From NCBI GenBank assembly GCA_036796695.1, contig DAIRCK010000001.1, positions 128,145 through 192,144 of the forward strand: a stretch of 64,000 nt of DNA, in the 5' to 3' direction. The notes under the pieces are model-generated. The model did no database searches and was not told where the DNA came from. It saw nothing but the letters and a program-made list of their open reading frames with translations. Source of the DNA: a bacterium (GTDB lineage Bacteria; Hydrothermota; Tepidihabitantia; SM23-42; JAOAFX01). This document shows, one piece after another, positions 18,986 to 26,878 of the stretch. Within the stretch, counting starts at the first letter, position 1. Every line of letters starts with the position of its first letter. The position numbers and the translations under genes were made by a program.

Positions 18986-19389
18986 ATCATCCTCAAGATA
19001 TTTTTCACATTCTTTGTAAATTCTTCGGAAGCGACCTTAACCACACCGGGTATTGTTCGATCATCAAATAATGAAACGAGCAGGTAATTCCCATCGAGTG
19101 CCACATAGTATAGACTCGCCCTGCCCCCTTCCTGTAACAATTCAAAAAAATTTTTTTCTCCTATAATATGAGCCAGTTCCATTGTAGAATTAAATATATT
19201 ACAAGTAAGGGCAGCAATGGCCAAAACATCAAAGGATCTTGTAAAACCCCGCTGAACCAAAAGGTGCCCCGAACTTGTTATCAACATTGACCATATCACA
19301 TTGGTCTGACTATAAAAATCACCCAGCAATTTTTCCAATTTCTCAATCTGGGCATCGGTTAAGGTAATCGTCGCAAAATTTCCCTTCAC
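18982..19389 (-). CDS. Roadblock/LC7 (MglB-like) domain protein.
   Basis: 135 aa with a roadblock-fold pattern ('VIWSMLITSSGHLLVQRG', 'LAIAALTCNIFNSTMELAHIIG', 'YYVALDGNYLLVSLFDD'). 4-nt overlap with the downstream ATPase gene. Confidence 0.6.
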   Translation of the reverse strand: MKGNFATITLTDAQIEKLEKLLGDFYSQTNVIWSMLITSSGHLLVQRGFTRSFDVLAIAALTCNIFNSTMELAHIIGEKNFFELLQEGGRASLYYVALDGNYLLVSLFDDRTIPGVVKVASEEFTKNVKNILRMI

Positions 19390-19436
19390 ATAAAATTATA
19401 ATAAATTTTTTTAAAAAAGTCAATACAGAATTAAGG

Positions 19437-20693
19437 TTATTTTATCCTTTTCAATCTTGCGGCAAATACCCCATCTGTATTATAAAAACCAGGAAGAATT
19501 TTTAAATATGAATCTGCGCTCGGAATAAATTCCTTTGCAGATTCTAATTCAAAATTTTTATTTTCATTTAAAAACTTTTCTATTAACTCTTCATTTTCCC
19601 GGGGCAAAATACTGCAGGTTGAATATACTATAGAACCACCCACCCTTAAAAAGGATGCGGCATTGGATAAAAGATTAAACTGGAGATTGGATAACCTTGC
19701 GAGCACCTTTTTATTCACCCTTTCCTTAACCTCTGGTCTTTTGGCGATAACCCCTGAATTTGTGCAGGGCGCATCCACCAGAACTTTATCAAAGTCTTTT
19801 ATTTGATAGCGACGGCCATCAGCGAGGATATATTTTATGATATTGAGCCCCAATCTTTCGGCATTTTCTACAACAAGTTTCAAACGTGCACTGCTCACTT
19901 CACTCGCAATGATTATGCCCTGATTATTCATCAATTCAGCAATATAAGTCGTCTTGCTTCCAGGTGCTGAACAGACATCTACAATCCTTTCTTTAGGTTT
20001 GGGGTCAAGAAGTTTACATATCATACCCTGTGCCTCATCATGGATAGAGATAAATCCCTGCTTTAATAATGAATTATTGATCAGGGTTCCAAGGCGGTTT
20101 ATCTTACGAAAATCTTCAAGCCAGTTTGCAGGACGATATTCTATTCCCATCTCCTTTAACTTCTCTTCAATCATTTCAGGCTTTGCCTTCAATCTATTTA
20201 TCCTGATATAGGGTGTGGGTCGATTCTTGAATGATTCAATTATCCTCTCACCTTCAACTGGATAGGCTTCAAGTATCTTTCTCAAAACCCAGACCTGGGG
20301 TTCGCGCATTGACTGGACTTTCTTATTACGAATCACACCCCTGAGAACCGCATTTATCAGTGATTTTTCCTTGACACTCCTGCCCAGATTTACTGCTTCA
20401 TTCACGACTGCATAAACAGGAATTCGATCAAGGAAAAGATATTGATAAACTGCAAGGCGCAAAATATTTTTCAATATCGAATCAGCAGCATTAAAATCAC
20501 CGATAAATGTCTCTTTGATTATCTGGTCTATCTCTTCACGATGACGCAGGGTGCCAAAGGCTATCTCATTTGCCAGGGCACGGTCATCATCTGAAAGTTC
20601 ATCTCTTTCAAATATGAGACCCAGGGCAACCTTCAAATTTGTGCCCTGATCAACCTCACAGAGCGCATTTAATGCTGCCTCCCTTGCATTCAT
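19437..20693 (-). CDS. rsmB: 16S rRNA (cytosine967-C5)-methyltransferase.
   Basis: N-terminal NusB-like domain, and an RsmB/Sun methyltransferase core with 'DVCSAPGSKTTYIAELM', 'DAPCTNSGVIAKRPE' and 'YSTCSILPRENE'. Start is at the MNAREAAL Met, directly after the fmt stop. Confidence 0.8.
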   Translation of the reverse strand: MNAREAALNALCEVDQGTNLKVALGLIFERDELSDDDRALANEIAFGTLRHREEIDQIIKETFIGDFNAADSILKNILRLAVYQYLFLDRIPVYAVVNEAVNLGRSVKEKSLINAVLRGVIRNKKVQSMREPQVWVLRKILEAYPVEGERIIESFKNRPTPYIRINRLKAKPEMIEEKLKEMGIEYRPANWLEDFRKINRLGTLINNSLLKQGFISIHDEAQGMICKLLDPKPKERIVDVCSAPGSKTTYIAELMNNQGIIIASEVSSARLKLVVENAERLGLNIIKYILADGRRYQIKDFDKVLVDAPCTNSGVIAKRPEVKERVNKKVLARLSNLQFNLLSNAASFLRVGGSIVYSTCSILPRENEELIEKFLNENKNFELESAKEFIPSADSYLKILPGFYNTDGVFAARLKRIK

Positions 20694-20694
20694 A

Positions 20695-21609
20695 TTAGAG
20701 CCTTTCTCCACTTTTAAGCCGATACCCATTTATAAAATCCAGAGCAGTCATTACCTTGCGATTTTCTGGTTTTAAAGCCTTCAATATCATTGAACCATCC
20801 TTTGTGCCGATATAAAGTTTTTTATTCTCAATATGGATGACACCGGGTTCTATCTTTTTGTCCCCTATCTCAGCCTCAAGGATAATGAGTTCGTTATTAC
20901 GAAACTGCGTGCGTGCTCCTGGGGCAGGATTCAAAGCGCGAATCAGGTTACAAATCCTTTCGCTATTATCAGCCCAATTGATAACTGTCTCTTCTTTTTT
21001 AATTTTCGGGGCATAGGTCATTTCCGACTCATTCTGTTCAATGACCTCGTATCCATTATTTTCAATCAACCTCAATGCCTCAATCACCATTTCCGCACCG
21101 AGTAAAGAAAGACGATGAGACAAACTCCCATATGTGTCATTTTTATCAATATCAATTTCCCTCTGCATAATTATCTTTCCGTGATCAATCTTCTCATCCA
21201 TAAAGAATATCGTTATTCCGGTCTTTTTTTCTCCAGCCATAATTGCCCTCTGAATCGGTGCAGCACCACGGTATTTCGGTAAGAGTGAAGGATGGATATT
21301 AATCCCGCCTTTTTTAGGAACCTTAAGTAGATCTCCACTCAAGATATGTCCGTATGCAGAGAGAACAAAAATATCGGGTGATATTAAAGCAAGACTTTCT
21401 ATAAATGAAATTTCATTGGGATTTTCAGGATCAAATAATTTTATATTATTTGCAATTGCCCATTTGCCTAATTCGGGTAAATCAACTGTTAAACCCCTGC
21501 CTTTCGGTTTTGGTTTTGAAATGACCACCCCAGCGACTCCATAATGTTCATATACCTTCTTCAAAATGGGAAGTGAAAAATCTGTTGACCCAAAGAATAT
21601 TATCTTCAT
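20695..21609 (-). CDS. fmt: Methionyl-tRNA formyltransferase.
   Basis: 'MKIIFFGSTDFSLPIL', 'INIHPSLLPKYRGAAPIQRAI' and a C-terminal Fmt domain. Confidence 0.9.
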   Translation of the reverse strand: MKIIFFGSTDFSLPILKKVYEHYGVAGVVISKPKPKGRGLTVDLPELGKWAIANNIKLFDPENPNEISFIESLALISPDIFVLSAYGHILSGDLLKVPKKGGINIHPSLLPKYRGAAPIQRAIMAGEKKTGITIFFMDEKIDHGKIIMQREIDIDKNDTYGSLSHRLSLLGAEMVIEALRLIENNGYEVIEQNESEMTYAPKIKKEETVINWADNSERICNLIRALNPAPGARTQFRNNELIILEAEIGDKKIEPGVIHIENKKLYIGTKDGSMILKALKPENRKVMTALDFINGYRLKSGERL

Positions 21610-22100
21610 ACTGATCTTAAATTTGATAAATACTCCTCAGCTTTATCTTTCTCTTTTTCATTAACATAATCAATAAAAAGAATTCCATTCAGATGGTCAT
21701 ATTCATGCTGGATTGCCCGCGCCACAAGTCCATCAGCCTCAATTACAATATTTTCATTATACAAATTCTGATAATGGAGTAGCAGACGCTTATACCTTGG
21801 AATATGGAGAAACAAACCAGGGAAACTTAGGCATCCTTCTTCATCCTCTGTTAGTTCTTCCTGTTTTATAATCTTAGGATTGATAATGACTGCCGGCTCA
21901 GGCTGGTCGTCAAGGGGTTTGAGGTTTATAACAAATAGATTCCATAAAACACCCACTTGATTTGCTGCCAATCCTATACCGTCGTTATCAAACATTGTTT
22001 TTATCATAGATTCAGCAAGATCAAAGATCTCCTTTGTAATTTTTTCCACAGGCCTTGCCTTCTGCCTTAAAACCTTATCAGGATACCTTATAATAACCAT
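21606..22100 (-). CDS. def: Peptide deformylase.
   Basis: All three motifs present: 'GIGLAANQVG', 'EGCLSFPG' and 'HEYDHLNG'. Confidence 0.9.
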   Translation of the reverse strand: MVIIRYPDKVLRQKARPVEKITKEIFDLAESMIKTMFDNDGIGLAANQVGVLWNLFVINLKPLDDQPEPAVIINPKIIKQEELTEDEEGCLSFPGLFLHIPRYKRLLLHYQNLYNENIVIEADGLVARAIQHEYDHLNGILFIDYVNEKEKDKAEEYLSNLRSV

Positions 22101-22163
22101 TTTAATTCACCTAAACTTAAGTTTGAAAAAATTATATTCCATCTTATGGTGTCCAGCCCGATA

Positions 22164-22478
22164 CTATTTACCTTCGTCTACCGAACCAATTTTGGAGACA
22201 ATATGATTTTTATCAATATCAACCTTTACACCATCAGCAATTACAAGGCTAATAATATTATCCTTCACATTTGCAATAGTTCCATATATTCCTGACGAAG
22301 TTATCACCCGATCCCCCTTTTTTAAGGAATTGAGTAATTGCTGATGCTGTTTTTGCCTTTTCTGCTGAGGAAGAATCAGCAGAAAATAGAACACAACAAA
22401 TATAAGAATCAAAGGCAAAAGACTAAATATAGGATTTGACTGATTTTGACCAGTGGTCTGTCCATAAAGAAATTCCAT
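22164..22478 (-). CDS. yajC: Preprotein translocase subunit YajC.
   Basis: Single TM segment followed by 'GDRVITSSGIYGTIANVKDNIISLVIADGVKVDIDKNHI'. Confidence 0.8.
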   Translation of the reverse strand: MEFLYGQTTGQNQSNPIFSLLPLILIFVVFYFLLILPQQKRQKQHQQLLNSLKKGDRVITSSGIYGTIANVKDNIISLVIADGVKVDIDKNHIVSKIGSVDEGK

Positions 22479-22571
22479 TATGCTCCTTTAATCAATTATA
22501 TCCAATTTTAGACAAAAGTCAACAAGTTTAAGTTTATCATTTTATTGACAATAAAGTAATTTGCTGTATAA

Positions 22572-23765
22572 TTGTTTATGGAATTGCTCTTTAACTTACG
22601 CAATAACCAATTGCTAAAAGAATTAAAAGAAATTGGGGTAGCATCTGAAGCATATCCAATATTTTTAAAAAAGTCTGAATATCAGATAATTAAAATTAAG
22701 AAAATTTCACCTGCCCAGGCTAATATCTTGAAACAGATTGCATTGATTTGTGGTGGTGATGTAGCGATACCAAAAGATGCATATTTTGGTTCAAAAAGAA
22801 AGAGATTTGACGTTCTTTTGTTTGCCAATTTAAGGGAAATTGAGAAAATGATAACCCGATTACAGGAACAACCATGGATGGAACAACTCAAAAATCAATT
22901 ATCTATGATAATCAATCCTGTTGAAAAACCAAGTTTAAAGATTGGAAATGAAGAAATAAGATTTGAACGAACTTATATAATGGGCATTATCAATATCAGC
23001 CCTGATTCTTTTTACAGTGGCAGTCGCTACACTACTTTATCAACGGTTAAAAAAGTAATAGAAGAGATGGAACAGGAAGGCGCAGACTTCATTGACATCG
23101 GTGCTGAATCAACCCGGCCCGGAGCAAAAATGCTTGGTGAAAAGGAAGAGATAGAAAGATTAAAATCTGTTTTGCCGGTTGTTGTCAAGTTTTCACGTGT
23201 TCCAGTTTCGGTTGACACATACAAAGTAGAAGTAGCAAAATATGCCCTGGACCAGGGAGTAAGAATAATAAATGATATATCCGGTTTTGGGTTTTATCAA
23301 CCCAACAAAAGACTTGCCCGCGTAATTGGACAATATAAGGCTTGTGTTGTTATAATGCATATTCAGGGGACCCCAAAAACGATGCAAATAAATCCTCAAT
23401 ACAAAAATCTCTTATCAGAAATCAAAAATTATCTTAAAGAAAGAATCGATTTTGCAGTTCAGAATGGGATCGATTTGAATAGGATCATCATTGATCCGGG
23501 TTTGGGATTTGGCAAAAGGTTAGAAGATAATTATGAAATAATTGAAAGACTTGCTGAACTCAAGATATTCAGGCGTCCGATCCTTGTTGGACACTCACGC
23601 AAGTCATTCATAGGCAATCCATTTAATTTACCACCTGAAGAAAGGTTAGAAGGCACCCTTGCTGTAGAGGCATTGTTGATAAAAAATGGCGCCTCGATCG
23701 TCCGTGTTCATGATGTTCTGGAAGCAAAAAAAGTTGCACAGTTGATTGACAAAATCACAAAATGA
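22572..23765 (+). CDS. folP: Dihydropteroate synthase with an N-terminal ~130-aa extension of unknown function.
   Basis: The pterin-binding DHPS core starts at 'IMGIINISPDSFYSG' and includes 'DFIDIGAESTRPGA', 'SVDTYK', 'IINDISG' and 'DPGLGFGK'. The preceding ~130 aa do not match a DHPS domain. Confidence 0.85.
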   Translation: MFMELLFNLRNNQLLKELKEIGVASEAYPIFLKKSEYQIIKIKKISPAQANILKQIALICGGDVAIPKDAYFGSKRKRFDVLLFANLREIEKMITRLQEQPWMEQLKNQLSMIINPVEKPSLKIGNEEIRFERTYIMGIINISPDSFYSGSRYTTLSTVKKVIEEMEQEGADFIDIGAESTRPGAKMLGEKEEIERLKSVLPVVVKFSRVPVSVDTYKVEVAKYALDQGVRIINDISGFGFYQPNKRLARVIGQYKACVVIMHIQGTPKTMQINPQYKNLLSEIKNYLKERIDFAVQNGIDLNRIIIDPGLGFGKRLEDNYEIIERLAELKIFRRPILVGHSRKSFIGNPFNLPPEERLEGTLAVEALLIKNGASIVRVHDVLEAKKVAQLIDKITK

Positions 23766-24517
23766 AGTTATTTGGATTTCTCAATCTCAACACCCTTGAT
23801 CTCATTGACATTGTAATAGTTGCAATTTTAATATATCAGTTTCTGAGGTTTATAAAAGGGACCAAGGCAACCCCAATTTTGTTCGGGATTTTAACTATAT
23901 TTGTAGTATCATTCATCGCACGCTGGTTTAACCTCAGAGCCTTGGCCTGGATAATGAATTCCATCCTTGCAGTCTGGGTTGTTGCCTTTGTCATACTCTT
24001 CCAGCCAGAGATAAGAAACGCCCTGGCATTCATTGGTAGACAACGTCCCCTGCGATTTTTTTTCAAAGTTGAGCCTTTTCCAACTGTAAGTGAAATAATT
24101 GGTGCAATAAAAAAACTTTCTGAACAGCGGCATGGTGCACTAATTGTCATTCAAAGGAATGATAGTCTTAGCGATATAATTGATTCCGGTGTGCGCATTG
24201 ATGCCTTAGTAAATTCCATTTTGATTCAAAGTCTTTTCTTCCCGGATAATCCATTACACGATGGAGCCTGTATTATTCAGGGCGATAAAATTATTGCTGC
24301 TTCCTGTGTCTTACCATTGAGCGAAAATCCTGATCTGGGCGGTAAATTTGGTTTGAGACACCGTGCTGCCCTGGGAATTGCCGAGCATACAGATGCATTC
24401 TGCATCGTAGTTTCTGAAGAAACCGGGAGAATCTCCTTTGCATACAAAGGTAAACTCATCACACGGGTCTCCGCAGATGCCCTGGCAAAAACATTAAAGA
24501 AGGTGATTAAAGAATAG
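23762..24517 (+). CDS. cdaA: Diadenylate cyclase (c-di-AMP synthase, CdaA/DacA type).
   Basis: Three N-terminal TM helices and a DAC domain ('HGALIVIQ', 'LHDGACIIQGDKIIAASCVLPLS', 'GLRHRAALGIAEHTDAFCIVVSEETGRIS'). 4-nt overlap with folP. Confidence 0.85.
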   Translation: MKLFGFLNLNTLDLIDIVIVAILIYQFLRFIKGTKATPILFGILTIFVVSFIARWFNLRALAWIMNSILAVWVVAFVILFQPEIRNALAFIGRQRPLRFFFKVEPFPTVSEIIGAIKKLSEQRHGALIVIQRNDSLSDIIDSGVRIDALVNSILIQSLFFPDNPLHDGACIIQGDKIIAASCVLPLSENPDLGGKFGLRHRAALGIAEHTDAFCIVVSEETGRISFAYKGKLITRVSADALAKTLKKVIKE

Positions 24518-24581
24518 GTTCTGGGATGCTTGACAGATTCAAATATTTGAGTATTATATACCATCAGGGAATTAAGGAGGT

Positions 24582-24881
24582 TTGATGCGATTTGTTGGAT
24601 TATTATTCGTTGTCCTTGTGATTGGTTTTATGATTGGATTTATTGTGCTCAATGCAGATGAGAAGGTTGATGTTAATATATTCGGGCAGCAATTCACAAA
24701 TATTGCCCTTTCTATGGTTTGTTTTTATTCTTTTGTTGCGGGGATGGTTTTTGTTCTGGTCTTTGCCCTTGCGGATGAAATTGTCTTAAGGAATACAATG
24801 AACAAATTGAAGAAAGAGAACAATAATATCAAAAAAGAACTGGACGCACTCCGTAATCTTCCATTCGAGGAGGAAAAATGA
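24582..24881 (+). CDS. lapA: LapA-family (DUF1049) small inner-membrane protein.
   Basis: Two TM helices followed by a coiled coil. It sits immediately upstream of the LapB-like gene with a 4-nt overlap. Confidence 0.55.
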   Translation: MMRFVGLLFVVLVIGFMIGFIVLNADEKVDVNIFGQQFTNIALSMVCFYSFVAGMVFVLVFALADEIVLRNTMNKLKKENNNIKKELDALRNLPFEEEK

Positions 24882-26005
24882 CAATCCTTATTATTATCAT
24901 TATCGCGCTCATAGCCTTTATACTATATTTTTATTTCAGACCGCGTAAAACAAAGACCTCAGCAAACATACCCTATCTTGAATCTCTGATTGCAGAACTG
25001 GAAAACAATGATGAACTTGCTATAAAAAAATTAAAGGAGGCATTAAGCATTGATACAGATTTGGTAAATGCTTATATAAGGTTGGGGAATTTATATCGTA
25101 AAAAAGGTGATATTGAAAGGGCAATAAAGATTCACCAATCCTTAACCGCGAGACCAACCCTGCGCAGGGAAGAAGAGAAAAAAGTATATTTCAGTTTAGT
25201 GCAGGATTATCTTGAATCAAACCGTCCCAACCGGGCAATAGCATTTTTAAGAGAGATCTTAAAAATTGACAAAACCGATAAAAATGCGCGTGATCTCCTT
25301 TTGAAGATTTATGAGGATATACAAAATTATCAGGATTGCATTGCGTTATGTGAGGAGTATAGCGACCTAACTGGAGAACAACGTCTTGCCTATTATTATA
25401 CAGGATTGGCTAATTTACGTCTTTCAGAATCAGGTGAAGACCAGGAAGAGAAGATAAAAGAGGCACAAAATCTTTTCAAAAAGGCATTAAAAATAAAGCC
25501 TGATTCCGTGAGCGTATTGTATTATACTGCTGAATTCTACAAAAATAATGGTGATTTAAAAAAGGCTAAGGAATATTATCTAAAACTTCTTGAGTTGCAA
25601 CCGGACTTTGCATTTTTGGTCATAAACGATTTAGAAAGAGTCGCTTATGAAACCGGGACCTTTGAACAGATAATACCGTTATACGAAAAAATCTTCAAAC
25701 AGAATCCAAAAAATTTCACTGTTGGTTTTGCCCTGGCAAATTTATATGAGAAGAAAAATGAGATTGAACAGGCAAAGGATATCTATCGTAAAATAAGCGA
25801 ATTGTATCCAGATGCTGTTCTACCAAGACTTTATATAATGAAGTTATCTGCGGATACAAAATCAATCAAAAAAGAACTTGGTGAGATTGAAAAAATATTG
25901 TCGTTGAATAATTTTGTATGTAAAAAGTGTGGAAATAAAACAAAAAAATTTACTTTTTTATGTCCAAATTGCCGCTCAATAGAATCATATCTGCCTCAGC
26001 TTTAA
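24878..26005 (+). CDS. lapB: Lipopolysaccharide assembly protein B (LapB/YciM-like).
   Basis: N-terminal TM anchor, about 7 TPR units, and a C-terminal rubredoxin-type metal-binding motif 'CKKCGNKTKKFTFLCPNCRS'. Confidence 0.75.
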   Translation: MTILIIIIIALIAFILYFYFRPRKTKTSANIPYLESLIAELENNDELAIKKLKEALSIDTDLVNAYIRLGNLYRKKGDIERAIKIHQSLTARPTLRREEEKKVYFSLVQDYLESNRPNRAIAFLREILKIDKTDKNARDLLLKIYEDIQNYQDCIALCEEYSDLTGEQRLAYYYTGLANLRLSESGEDQEEKIKEAQNLFKKALKIKPDSVSVLYYTAEFYKNNGDLKKAKEYYLKLLELQPDFAFLVINDLERVAYETGTFEQIIPLYEKIFKQNPKNFTVGFALANLYEKKNEIEQAKDIYRKISELYPDAVLPRLYIMKLSADTKSIKKELGEIEKILSLNNFVCKKCGNKTKKFTFLCPNCRSIESYLPQL

Positions 26006-26724
26006 TCGTCTCATTTATCTTTGCGCAAAACATTGATGAGGCGATTAAGTTATTCAATGCATTTCAATTTGATAAAGCCAGGGCATTGTTTGAGGACCTC
26101 GCCAGGGACGAAAACAATCCCCGCATTGCTGAAGTTTTTTATTATCTGGCGCGATTAACTGCTAATCCGGATTCTTCAATTTATTATTATCGAATGATAA
26201 TTGATAAATACCCACAGTCAAGATATGCAGATATTGCCCATCTTGAGATTGCTAAGATCTTTATTGGAAAGGAAAATTTCAAAAATGCCCTGGTTATACT
26301 GGAGCAGATGCGTAAAGACTACCCGAATTCAGAATTAAAGGATGAGGCATTATTCTGGACAGGCGTAGTTCTTATTGAAACCGGGAATAAAGAAACCGGT
26401 TACAAAACACTCCAGGAATTAATAAATACATTTCCTAAATCTATCTGGGCGAGCCGGGCAAAAAATCTAATTCCTTCAGCTATGCCGCAAAAAGAGTATT
26501 ATACAGTTCAGGTTGGTTCATTCAGAAACAAAGAGAATGCAGAGAAAAGGATTGAAGAATTGAAAGCCAAGGGATTTGATGCCCGTATCATAGAGGCAGT
26601 AGTTATGGATAAGACTTATTATCGTGTATGGGTCGGAGAATTTGAAACAATGGAACAGGCAAAATCCCTTGTTGCAAAACTTGATTCCTTAGGAATAAAA
26701 GGGAATGCGGTTAAAGGATACTAA
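25960..26724 (+). CDS. Tol-Pal-associated-like TPR protein with a C-terminal SPOR (peptidoglycan-binding) domain.
   Basis: Signal peptide, YbgF-like TPR region, and a SPOR domain ('YYTVQVGSFRNKENAEKRIEELKAKGFDARI...YRVWVGEFETMEQAKSLVAKL'). Confidence 0.7.
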   Translation: MSKLPLNRIISASALIVSFIFAQNIDEAIKLFNAFQFDKARALFEDLARDENNPRIAEVFYYLARLTANPDSSIYYYRMIIDKYPQSRYADIAHLEIAKIFIGKENFKNALVILEQMRKDYPNSELKDEALFWTGVVLIETGNKETGYKTLQELINTFPKSIWASRAKNLIPSAMPQKEYYTVQVGSFRNKENAEKRIEELKAKGFDARIIEAVVMDKTYYRVWVGEFETMEQAKSLVAKLDSLGIKGNAVKGY

Positions 26725-26878
26725 TCGTTTTAATTCCCAATCCCAAAACCCAAAAACCCCAAAAAATAAAATAACAACCAGACAGGATTTACAAAAATCC
26801 TCCTATGAAATTTTTCGGTACTCAAGAATTCTGTTTTATTCCGCTGTAAATATTAATTTTTAAGGGGTCATTTTTGCT

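Noticed and set aside
22572-22970. Separate small gene upstream of folP.
   Set aside because: The reading frame runs continuously into the DHPS barrel with no stop. It is treated as an N-terminal extension of folP, with the alternative noted in findings.
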